Positions 1 to 7,715 of a stretch of DNA of 64,000 bases are shown here, in pieces. A program made the translations under genes and the position numbers. This DNA comes from an uncultured Clostridia bacterium. GTDB lineage: Bacteria > Bacillota > Clostridia > Oscillospirales > Oscillospiraceae. Numbering within the stretch: the stretch's first letter is position 1; every line of letters begins with the position of its first letter. The notes beneath the pieces are model-generated. The model saw nothing but the letters and a program-made list of their open reading frames with translations. It had not been told where the DNA came from and did no database searches. The DNA is taken from the NCBI GenBank assembly GCA_945948535.1, contig CAMFBN010000002.1:240-64239 (forward strand), given 5' to 3'.

Positions 1-51
1 CCCGATATTATTTTGTGGTATATTATAAACAAAAGAGAAAGGGGTGTATGT

Positions 52-249
52 ATGCCGGTATCGAAAGCGCAGCAAAAAGCGGTTTCTAAATACATGAAGG
101 AGAATTACGACGAACTGAAAGCCAGAATTCCCAAGGGGCAGAAGGAGACAATTAAGGCCCACGCAGAGGCCAAGGGCGAGAGCCTGAACGCCTTTATTAA
201 TCGGGCCATATCCGAGACCATGGAGCGCGACAACGCCGCCACAGAATAA
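52..249 (+). CDS. Small ribbon-helix-helix/Arc-like DNA-binding protein (antitoxin-like)
   Basis: MPVSKAQQKAVSKYMKENYDELKARIPKGQKE...GESLNAFINRAI; SD AAGGGG; extended -10 TGgTATATT at 16-24. Confidence 0.8.
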   Translation: MPVSKAQQKAVSKYMKENYDELKARIPKGQKETIKAHAEAKGESLNAFINRAISETMERDNAATE

Positions 250-272
250 AAAGTCCCGCCGTGGTGGCGGGA
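250..272 (-). terminator. GC hairpin with A-run on the + strand side (terminator on the minus strand, possibly bidirectional)
   Basis: AAAAG-TCCCGCC-gtggt-GGCGGGA. Confidence 0.55.
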
Positions 273-275
273 GCA

Positions 276-304
276 TTGACACTTCATATCCGTGGTATTA
301 CAAT
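276..304 (+). promoter_or_regulatory. Near-consensus sigma-A promoter
   Basis: TTGACA (276-281), 17 nt spacer, TACAAT (299-304). Confidence 0.75.
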
Positions 305-310
305 ATCGAT

Positions 311-570
311 AGAAGCACCGGCGGGCGCACAAAGATAACTGGCATCGGTGGACTGCATAGCCGCTTTTGTGGTAACTGTAGACTCCGCTTCGGGCGTTGC
401 ATCGGGGCCAGTTGTATTTGTGGTTGCGGGACTTCGTTGGGAGCAGAGCTGATGGGCGTGGCAAGAGAGCCGTTTACGGTGACTCCCCTGCCGGAGTAGG
501 CTATGCTCCCAATTTCATACATCACACAGCCGGGAGCTGCTTTCAACAGTTGTTCCCGGCTGTTCCTGTT
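311..570 (+). ncRNA. Candidate structured noncoding RNA (unassigned)
   Basis: Downstream of the promoter; stems 328-343/407-422, 347-357/377-389, 437-445/504-512, 526-535/554-563; no ORF with a good SD. Confidence 0.45.
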
Positions 571-1048
571 CTGTCTGTGTTATGTATGTGGTGGTGCCCC
601 CCCCTGCAGGGCAGGCCAATAAAGGACGGCGGGGCGGTGCTGTACTATCAATCAATCAATCGTTCCCCTTGAAGATACCCCCCCACCGGGGGATAGCGGA
701 AAAACGGGCGGGTCGCTCTCTATATGTATAGATATATACGAAACATACACGCTTCCATATTTTACATTTTACCGCAATAAACATGTAATTTCAGAATAAA
801 TTACGCCAATACCTACATAGGGGGTGGCGGAAAAAGAGCCGGGGTGCTTTCGCATTTCCCGGCTCAAATAAATAATTCAGGAGAAAAATATTCTGGGTGC
901 TACAACTGTGCCAGCAGTCCAGTTTCCTTTCTGACGCATGAAAACACAACTATCCTATGCGTTTTCCATTTTTTCTGTGTGCGGTAATGAAAGTGTACCA
1001 CCCGTTTTTTCTCCGCTCAGAAAGCCGCCTACGGCCTCATGTAGCGCA

Positions 1049-1249
1049 TCAAATATCCACGGAGGTGCATTTCTCCCGTTCCAGCAGCTCCCGGACTGCC
1101 TGAATAATCAGGCCAGACATAGACCTCCCTGTGGAGTATGCGTACTCCTTAAGCCGCTGCCGCTGTCCGGCTGGTAAGCGTACCGCTGTGAAATCGTAGT
1201 GCCTGCGCTTGTACTCCTCTGTGGCGAATTTCTGAGCCGGTGATACCAA
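1049..1249 (-). CDS. Second RHH/Arc-like protein, paralog of 52-249
   Basis: TTG start after SD GAAGGAGG; VSPAQKFATEEYKRRHYD...RLPAGQRQRLKEYAYSTGRSMSGLIIQAVRE aligns with ORF 52-249. Confidence 0.7.
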   Translation of the reverse strand: MVSPAQKFATEEYKRRHYDFTAVRLPAGQRQRLKEYAYSTGRSMSGLIIQAVRELLEREKCTSVDI

Positions 1250-1534
1250 TGCTATCCCTCCTTCTGTGGTTGCTTGCTCCCCCCCTTTTCTACCCATTGT
1301 TCACAGTGTTCACAGTATATTCCTCTACGGGTAAATACCATTTAGAATCCGTTCTCCCGTGGGAATCTATGCGCATGGTGGCCTGTTTTGAATTTTCTTT
1401 TCTGGGGTGGTATAAAGTGCTGTCTTATTATTTGTGGCGGGAAATCGTGCGCTACCGCTTGTTTTTTGAAATGTCCGTTTTGGTGGACTAATACACACAG
1501 CGCACGGTCTGCGCCTGCAAAAAGAATTGCCGCG

Positions 1535-1708
1535 CTACTTTTTCCGCTCAATCGCCTTAGTGGCGGCGTTCAGAACTTCCCGGAGTTGGTCAATGTCCAT
1601 GCGGTTCAGCTTGTAAGAAATGCTGGCTATGAGGGTGTGCTTCAGATCGTCGGCTCGTTCGTCCTTTGGCGGGTATTTCCGTGGCTTGGTCGTCATGGTC
1701 GTTCTCAT
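1535..1708 (-). CDS. Small hypothetical phage protein (57 aa)
   Basis: SD AGGAGG before ATG at 1708; MRTTMTTKPRKYPPKDERADDLK... Confidence 0.6.
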   Translation of the reverse strand: MRTTMTTKPRKYPPKDERADDLKHTLIASISYKLNRMDIDQLREVLNAATKAIERKK

Positions 1709-1797
1709 GTGTGTCCTCCTGTGGTAGGGTTGCGGTGGCGGAAAAATGGGTGGTGTGCCTTGAAATAGGGCACCCCGAAAAATTATGAAACCCCAAA

Positions 1798-1968
1798 TTA
1801 TTCCGGGTCTGTATCCGTCAGCTCTGTGGCCTTCTTCTCGTTGCCAAGACGATACCGCCAAAGCGGGCAGTTGGTAGCGGGACAGCGGCGAACCTCTGCG
1901 CGAATGCCGCCGGAACAGTCCAAACATTTTTCCTGGATTGCCTTTTTTCGGGTGATTCTCTCGTCCAT
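1798..1968 (-). CDS. Small Cys-rich (putative Zn-binding) phage protein
   Basis: KAIQEKCLDCSGG...VRRCPATNCPLWRYR; SD GGAGG; TAATG coupling with the upstream gene. Confidence 0.75.
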   Translation of the reverse strand: MDERITRKKAIQEKCLDCSGGIRAEVRRCPATNCPLWRYRLGNEKKATELTDTDPE

Positions 1969-2201
1969 TAGATATCCTCCATAGCGTTGAGGAACGCCCG
2001 CAGATCCAGAAGCTCCTCCCGGGTCATGGTGAGGCCCTTTTGCATAGAGCGGGTTCCATCCACTTTGGCGCGCCACTTCCGCAAGTCGTATTTTGCGGGT
2101 GCGCCGTTGAAAGAAATCAAATGCAGCTCCAGCGGCAGGGAACCGGCAGTGCTCACAACGCCGCATTCCTTTTCGATTTCGTAATTAAATGCTTTTTTCA
2201 T
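1968..2201 (-). CDS. PC4/YdbC-family ssDNA-binding protein
   Basis: LELHLISFNGAPAKYDLRKW...KGLTMTREEL matches the YdbC/PC4 pattern; SD GGAGG. Confidence 0.75.
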   Translation of the reverse strand: MKKAFNYEIEKECGVVSTAGSLPLELHLISFNGAPAKYDLRKWRAKVDGTRSMQKGLTMTREELLDLRAFLNAMEDI

Positions 2202-2238
2202 GTATAAACCTCCATTTTGTGTTCCAGTGAAACAAATA

Positions 2239-3081
2239 TTATCCTTTTAGCAGCTGGGCCGCCAATTTCATTTTCTCGCTGGCAATAGTTGCCCGTCTCC
2301 CGTTGTTTCCGAAATTCACCGGCTGGCACATCTCCAAAATGCGGTCATAAATTCGCGCATGGTCGCGTGACTTTGGGTTTTTCAGTTCTGCAACAGAAAG
2401 ATTTGTGGTGACGATCAGCGGTTTTTCAGAACGATACCGTGCATCAACTACGTTGAAAATCTGCTCAAGGGCGTATTCTGTCTGCCGTTCCATTCCGAAA
2501 TCATCCAGAATCAGCAGTGGATATTGCATGAGGTCTGAAATGAACGCATTGCGTTCCTCCCGCTGAAAACCGCCCACGGTGTTCAGAATACCGGAAAGGT
2601 TTGTCATGCACACCGGGATTTTACGCTCAATCAGATAGTTGGCAAGACACGCAGCGGCGTAGCTCTTGCCCGTTCCCACTCCGCCATATAACAGCAAACC
2701 GATATTTTCACGGTAAAAATCGTCCCATTTATCCGCATATCGGCGAAGAGTGCGCATTGGTTCCGGGTTTTTCCCGTCATCCGCTTCAAAACGAGCGCCA
2801 CGGTATGCCTGTGAAGCAATCCCAGAACTCCGCAGGCGCATGATCTTGTCTGCATCTTCCTGTTTGCGCCGCTCTGTATCTTCTTCCTCCGCTTTTTCTT
2901 TTGCACACTGGCACATACATGAAACAACCCGCTCATTTCCTAAAATATGTACACGGCATTGCTTCGCGGTTTTGCACTTTCCGCAGTACAAAAGGCCGTC
3001 TTGCATGAAATCTCCCGGATTCATGGGGTTTGCTGCTGCCGATGCCGTGATAATCGGTTCCAATAAAGTCAAAGACTGCAA
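2239..3081 (-). CDS. DnaC/IstB-like AAA+ helicase loader
   Basis: N-terminal CxxC...CxC; Walker A GGVGTGKS; Walker B LLILDDFG; IVTTNL. Confidence 0.9.
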   Translation of the reverse strand: MQSLTLLEPIITASAAANPMNPGDFMQDGLLYCGKCKTAKQCRVHILGNERVVSCMCQCAKEKAEEEDTERRKQEDADKIMRLRSSGIASQAYRGARFEADDGKNPEPMRTLRRYADKWDDFYRENIGLLLYGGVGTGKSYAAACLANYLIERKIPVCMTNLSGILNTVGGFQREERNAFISDLMQYPLLILDDFGMERQTEYALEQIFNVVDARYRSEKPLIVTTNLSVAELKNPKSRDHARIYDRILEMCQPVNFGNNGRRATIASEKMKLAAQLLKG

Positions 3082-3662
3082 TTCAATTCACCTCCGTAAT
3101 CCGGCATTGGGGTGGAAAGACGTCCATTTTCATCCTTCCTGTTCCAATTCCGCACCGCCGCTCTCCAGTCCTTCATCTTGCTTCTGCCCACCATCCAACC
3201 ATTGGATGTGTAGTGATCAACAAACCGCTCTGGGTCAACATGATAGCCCTTCTCCGCACAGTATGCCCGCACATCATCCACACTTGGAGGGGAAAACAGG
3301 TGGCGGGTGGGCGGCTTGTCCGCCTTACTCTCATAGGACTGGATAGGATATGGATAGGACATGGATTGGATAGGAGTGTCACTTTGCGGCGTTTTGCTGT
3401 CATTTGCTGCATTTTGCTGACCTTTGCTCACCTTAGCATTCTTTGATAGTGTATTGCAATACTCCTGGTATCTGTCAATCTGGTTTGCAACTGCCTGAAA
3501 TGCCACATCTACCGCCGCATCATCCCCGGAATACACATCACCGCCGAATCGATACGAGAAAGCGGCACGCATGAGAATACCAAATTGTTCATCTGAGAAT
3601 TTCCGGGTGATAGCCATGACTTCCGGGAACAGTACCAGCGTTTCCTGTTTCTTCCGTGCCGT
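3069..3662 (-). CDS. Phage replication initiator (DUF6291-like N-terminus, DnaD-like C-terminus); apparent ACG start
   Basis: RKKQETLVLFPE...FSDEQFGILMRAAFSY and FSPPSVDDVRAYC...FVDHYTSNGW..GRSKMKDWRAAVRNW; SD GGAGGTGA is followed 5 nt later by ACG. Confidence 0.8.
   Translation of the reverse strand, partial: TARKKQETLVLFPEVMAITRKFSDEQFGILMRAAFSYRFGGDVYSGDDAAVDVAFQAVANQIDRYQEYCNTLSKNAKVSKGQQNAANDSKTPQSDTPIQSMSYPYPIQSYESKADKPPTRHLFSPPSVDDVRAYCAEKGYHVDPERFVDHYTSNGWMVGRSKMKDWRAAVRNWNRKDENGRLSTPMPDYGGELNCSL
3337..3440. promoter_or_regulatory. Putative replication origin (iterons) inside the initiator gene
   Basis: TTTGC at 3383, 3393, 3403, 3413, 3423 and TTAGC at 3433 (exact 10-bp period); GGATAGGA repeats at 3342-3375. 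Confidence 0.6.
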
Positions 3663-3667
3663 ACCGC

Positions 3668-3880
3668 TCACCTCCCAGAGATGGAATACCGGGCAAATGT
3701 GACCGTTTCGCCGTAGCGGTTTTTCTGGGTGATCATGTCCCGGTGAATGGGAATGCCTGCCTTTTTGAGGTCTGTAATTCTGGAAGCGAGCCGCAGAATG
3801 TGGTATTCCTGCATCGCTTCCAGACTGGTGATACTGCCGTATTCTTCCATGTGGCGGAGAATCTTTTCGCATTGTGTCAT
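3668..3880 (-). CDS. Phage helix-turn-helix protein (HTH_39-like)
   Basis: MTQCEKILRHMEEYGSITSLEAMQEYHILRLASRITDLKKAG. Confidence 0.8.
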   Translation of the reverse strand: MTQCEKILRHMEEYGSITSLEAMQEYHILRLASRITDLKKAGIPIHRDMITQKNRYGETVTFARYSISGR

Positions 3881-3897
3881 ATGTAGCACCTCCGAGA

Positions 3898-4077
3898 TTA
3901 GCCCGCCACGGTGGCGGGAGCGTTCAAAAATTCCACCAGCTTTTCAAGATTGACAAGGTACTTTGTGCCAACCATAACGTAGTAGGGAAATTGCCCACTC
4001 TTTATCCATCGACGAATTGCGCTATACGGTACACCTGTAAGTTCTGCCGCCTTGTTCATCGTTACCATTGTAGGCAT
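3898..4077 (-). CDS. xis: Excisionase-like HTH protein (59 aa, not in ORF track)
   Basis: Hand translation MPTMVTMNKAAELTGVPYSAIRRWIKSGQFPYYVMVGTKYLVNLEKLVEFL; SD AAGGAGG. Confidence 0.75.
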   Translation of the reverse strand: MPTMVTMNKAAELTGVPYSAIRRWIKSGQFPYYVMVGTKYLVNLEKLVEFLNAPATVAG

Positions 4078-4256
4078 GAGCTGGCCTCCTTTGATAGTTC
4101 AGCAATGATCTCCATTACCCGCGCCCTGTCATTCTCTGATAGTTCCCGGCGGAGTTTCCGGGAAAAGTTTCCGTCATTCATTCCGAGACGTTCGGCAATT
4201 TGCCAGAGGCATACACCCGCTTGCTTGGCGGCTTCCCGAATTTCTTTATTACACAT
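4062..4256 (-). CDS. Cro-like HTH regulator
   Basis: MCNKEIREAAKQAGVCLWQIAERLGMNDGNFSRKLRREL; SD GAAGGAGG; divergent from the cI-like gene. Confidence 0.8.
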   Translation of the reverse strand: MCNKEIREAAKQAGVCLWQIAERLGMNDGNFSRKLRRELSENDRARVMEIIAELSKEASSCLQW

Positions 4257-4449
4257 ATGTCCTCCTTCAAGTAAAATTGTTGTTGACTTCCGATCGTAAC
4301 CGTGGTATTCTGTATTCGGAATAAACAACAACATCTTTCTGTTTACAGTATAACATATTTTTGATGTTGTGCCATATGTTCGAAAATAAATCTGAAATCA
4401 GATTTAAGAAATTTATTATTCTGTTTCCAGAAATAGGAGGAATGTTCAA

Positions 4450-5160
4450 ATGTCGGAAGAAAAAATCGGAAAAGCTAGCGTTTCTGAGGAAAAAACGAGA
4501 AAATATAAGCTGACAATTGGGGAACGACTTAAAGACGCTCGCGTAGATTTCAACAAACACAAAAAGCAGACAATCAAAGAAGTGTCCGATGCAACCGGCA
4601 TCCCGCAGTCAACATTATCTGAAATAGAGAATGATAAACGAGAACCAGGAGCCGGAATCATCAGAAAGCTGGCTGAGCATTACGGTGTTTCGGCTGACTT
4701 TCTGCTTGGGTTGTCTGATATAAAGACTTCCGATGTAACAGCTCAGTCGGTCATTGAATACACTGGACTCTCAGAAAAAACTGTGGGTGTGTTGAACAGT
4801 TTGGCCAAAGGTAAAATAAATCATTTAACAGAAGACGGTGAAACTATTAACGGGAATATGCCGCTTCTTGACTGCCTAGATGATTTCTTGAGTATCGCGT
4901 TTAGAAAAGACGTGCTTAAATTCTATATTGCGTTGCGGCAGAACTCGGTGAAACACTTTAATGGTACATCACGCAACTATTTAGATTGGTGGAACGTTGT
5001 TGATGGTGAGGCTCATTGGCATATTAACGGAATGTGTGAATATGCGTGTTTGAAAATTGGAAAAGAAGTGGAGTTGGCATTGCGTGAGAAATATTACAAA
5101 GAAGAACAAAGTGGATTTGTATATATGAATGCTGATGGGAAAGTCGTTGACAACGATTGA
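4450..5160 (+). CDS. XRE-family (cI-like) repressor with non-peptidase C-terminal domain
   Basis: IGERLKDAR...TIKEVSDATGIPQSTLSEIENDKREPG...LAEHYGVSADFLLGLSD. Confidence 0.85.
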   Translation: MSEEKIGKASVSEEKTRKYKLTIGERLKDARVDFNKHKKQTIKEVSDATGIPQSTLSEIENDKREPGAGIIRKLAEHYGVSADFLLGLSDIKTSDVTAQSVIEYTGLSEKTVGVLNSLAKGKINHLTEDGETINGNMPLLDCLDDFLSIAFRKDVLKFYIALRQNSVKHFNGTSRNYLDWWNVVDGEAHWHINGMCEYACLKIGKEVELALREKYYKEEQSGFVYMNADGKVVDND

Positions 5161-5311
5161 TTAAGAACGCAGGTATAACATATGCAAAAAACCGCCACCG
5201 TGGCGGCAACCACGATGGCGGAGATGTAAACCAGCAGAAACCACTCAAACCGATTTACCCGGATATCATACCACATTCGGCGGATCGGTGCAAGCAAAGA
5301 AAGGAATGAAT

Positions 5312-6685
5312 ATGGCAACAATTAAAAAGCGTGGCAATTCCTACCTTATCCGCTGCTATGACGGTTACGATCAGACCGGCAGGCAAATCGAACGGACTAT
5401 GACATGGAAAATTCCGGCTGGAATGTCCGAGAAGAAAGCAGAGCGGGAGGCCCGCCACCAAGCGGGACTGTTTGAGGAAAAAGTGCGGACTGGCCAGAGC
5501 GCAGAGCAGAAGATCAAGTTTGCGGATTTCTGCGACCTCTGGATGAAGGACTACGCAGAAACCCAGCTTCGCCCAAAAACTGTAACCCGCTACCGTGGCC
5601 TGTTGGAGCGGATAAAGCCCGCTCTTGGCAGCATCTACCTTGACCGCCTACGGCCCACCCATCTGACCGCCTTTTACCGGGAGCTTGCTCAGGTTCGGAA
5701 GGTGTCCACTTACACCGCGAAAATGGATCTGAAAGCATATCTCAAAGAGCACAAGATCACCCAAACGAAGCTGGCCGAAGATTCCGGTATCTGCACCGCC
5801 ACAATCCGCTCTATCATCATCGGCAACGCCGCCACCGAAGAAACGGCGCAAAAAATAGCCGATGCCTTGCACATCGACTTTGACAAGCTGTTCCAGCCCT
5901 CCGGGGAGCCTCAGCCGCTGTCCGGGCAGACGATCCTGCACTATCACCGGCTCATTTCCGTCATCCTGCAAACCGCCGTGGAATGGCAGTACATCCCCGC
6001 CAATGCCGCGGAGCGGGTCAAGCCTCCAAAAGCCGAAGCCAACGAAGCGGTATATCTGGATGACAAGCAGGCGATTCACCTTCTTGAGCTGCTGGAGGAG
6101 CAGCCGATCTATTACCGTACCGCTGTCACGGTGTTGCTGTTCACAGGTATGCGCCGGGGTGAATTGATGGGCCTTGTGTGGAGTGACATTGATTTCGACA
6201 ATAACACAATCACGATCCATCGGTCTTTGCAGTATCTCCCGGATATGGGCGTGTTCACATCCGACACCAAAACCAAATCCAGCCGCCGCGTTATCAAAGC
6301 ACCGGCTACCGCCATTCAGTCCCTGAAGGTGTACCGTGCATGGCAGAAGAAAACATTCCTGAGCATCGGTCAGTCGTGGGAAGAATCCGGGCGGGTATTT
6401 GTCACACAGAACGGAACGCCCATGCACCCGGATACGCTGACAAGCTGGTTCGGCAGCTTCATCAAAACAACCGATCTTCCGCAGATTCATATTCACAGCC
6501 TGCGGCACACAAACGCCACCTTGCAGATTGCAAACGGTGTGGCGGCCACTACCGTGGCGGGAACACTGGGCCACAGCACAGCCAATACCACGACAAAGGT
6601 TTACGCCCATGCCATTCAGAGTGCCGCCGCAGCCTCCGCCGAAATGATGGATAACCTTCTGAACCCCATGAAAAAACAGGCGTAA
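5312..6685 (+). CDS. int: Tyrosine recombinase/integrase with internal XRE-HTH insertion
   Basis: Catalytic motifs TGMRRGE, HIHSLRH, LGH, TTKVY; N-terminal arm-binding-like MATIKKRGNSYLIR. Confidence 0.95.
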   Translation: MATIKKRGNSYLIRCYDGYDQTGRQIERTMTWKIPAGMSEKKAEREARHQAGLFEEKVRTGQSAEQKIKFADFCDLWMKDYAETQLRPKTVTRYRGLLERIKPALGSIYLDRLRPTHLTAFYRELAQVRKVSTYTAKMDLKAYLKEHKITQTKLAEDSGICTATIRSIIIGNAATEETAQKIADALHIDFDKLFQPSGEPQPLSGQTILHYHRLISVILQTAVEWQYIPANAAERVKPPKAEANEAVYLDDKQAIHLLELLEEQPIYYRTAVTVLLFTGMRRGELMGLVWSDIDFDNNTITIHRSLQYLPDMGVFTSDTKTKSSRRVIKAPATAIQSLKVYRAWQKKTFLSIGQSWEESGRVFVTQNGTPMHPDTLTSWFGSFIKTTDLPQIHIHSLRHTNATLQIANGVAATTVAGTLGHSTANTTTKVYAHAIQSAAAASAEMMDNLLNPMKKQA

Positions 6686-6781
6686 CGGACAAATAACGGA
6701 CAATCCATTTTTTGAGATTTTGAAAATGTTCGCAAAAATTCAGAAAACACCGGGTTTCGTACTGAAACTCGGTGTTTTTAC

Positions 6782-6857
<76 letters not shown>

Positions 6858-6891
6858 ATACATTATATGAAAGGCGAAGGCCTGAGCATCT

Positions 6892-6968
6892 TGGTGGGCC
6901 TTCAGGGACTCGAACCCGGGACTATCCGGTTATGAGCCGGAGGCTCTGACCAACTGAGCTAAAGGCCC
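6892..6968 (-). tRNA. trnI: tRNA with CAT anticodon, most likely tRNA-Ile2 (lysidine type)
   Basis: 77-nt cloverleaf GGGCCTTTAGCTCAGTTGG...GGCTCATAACCGG...GGCCCACCA; anticodon arm resembles Bacillota Ile2 rather than Met. Confidence 0.88.
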
Positions 6969-7112
6969 ATAGATATCACGGTGAACTCGTCACCACGCAG
7001 AACATTATAGCATTGATGCCGCATTCTGTCAAGAAAATTCTTCGGCAGGGAGGAAGGAATCTGCTGCTTCAAGGAAATGACCCGGGAGACTACAGTCTCC
7101 CGGGGATTTGGG

Positions 7113-7352
7113 TCAGATTTCCTTGTACATTCCGGCGGCGTCGTCCTTGCGGACGTTGTCGGAAACCTCCAGAACCTCCACAGCCACCGTGCGGGCGCCC
7201 ATGGAGATTTCAATGCGGTCGCCTACCTTCACATCGTAGCTGGCCTTGACTACTCTGCCGTTTACGCTGATGCGCCCGTTATCGCAGGCTTCGTTGGCAA
7301 CGGTGCGGCGCTTGATGAGCCGGGAAACCTTCAGAAATTTGTCCAGACGCAT
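7113..7352 (-). CDS. yabO: S4-domain RNA-binding protein (YabO/RqcP family)
   Basis: MRLDKFLKVSRLIKRRTVANEACDNGRI. Confidence 0.93.
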   Translation of the reverse strand: MRLDKFLKVSRLIKRRTVANEACDNGRISVNGRVVKASYDVKVGDRIEISMGARTVAVEVLEVSDNVRKDDAAGMYKEI

Positions 7353-7355
7353 GGC

Positions 7356-7631
7356 TTATTTCGCAACGCTGTCCTTCAGCGCCTTGCTGGCCTTAAACCC
7401 GGGCACCCGGGTGGCGGGGATTTCGATGGTTTCCTTGGTGTGGGGGTTACGGCCGATGCGGGCCTCCCGATCCTTGGTCTCGAAAATACCAAAGCCGGAA
7501 ATCTGCACCTTCTCACCCTTCACAAGAGCAGCGGTAATGGCATCGATGGCGGCGTTCAGAACACGCTCGGAATCCTTCTTGGACAGGCCGGTGCTCTCGG
7601 CACAGGCAGTGATCAATTCAGTTTTATTCAT
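7356..7631 (-). CDS. hup: DNA-binding protein HU
   Basis: MNKTELI...VQISGFGIF...GRNPHTKETIEIPA. Confidence 0.97.
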   Translation of the reverse strand: MNKTELITACAESTGLSKKDSERVLNAAIDAITAALVKGEKVQISGFGIFETKDREARIGRNPHTKETIEIPATRVPGFKASKALKDSVAK

Positions 7632-7715
7632 AATGGTAATCCTCTTTTCTACGGAAAAATCGTCACTAGCTTAACATAACTTCCCGAAAAATGCAAGATA
7701 TTTTTGCGGAATTCC

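Larger units (their letters stand above)
1..6781. mobile_element. Integrated phage-like/satellite element (right part) inserted at the tRNA-Trp 3' end
   Basis: Tyrosine integrase ends ~100 bp from the CCA end of tRNA-Trp; int-cI-cro-xis-rep-dnaC gene order; visibly lower GC than the flank; left boundary is outside the window. Confidence 0.88.

Noticed and set aside
485-492. CCCCTGCC match to the tRNA-Trp 3' end as the second att site
   Set aside because: Only 8 bp and in inverted orientation; an att duplication must be a direct repeat.
446-503. Hammerhead ribozyme or group II intron domain V (CTGATGG; GAGAGCCGT)
   Set aside because: Lacks the CUGAUGA/GAAA core, and lacks the GAGCCG...CGGTTC pairing of domain V.
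298-546. Minus-strand 82-aa ORF, and + strand ORF 397-672
   Set aside because: No SD and no recognisable motif; the region is better explained by base-paired structure, though coding cannot be fully excluded.
6892-6968. Calling the CAT tRNA tRNA-Met
   Set aside because: Acceptor and anticodon arms resemble Bacillota tRNA-Ile2; it has neither the initiator GGG/CCC anticodon stem nor the C1 mismatch.
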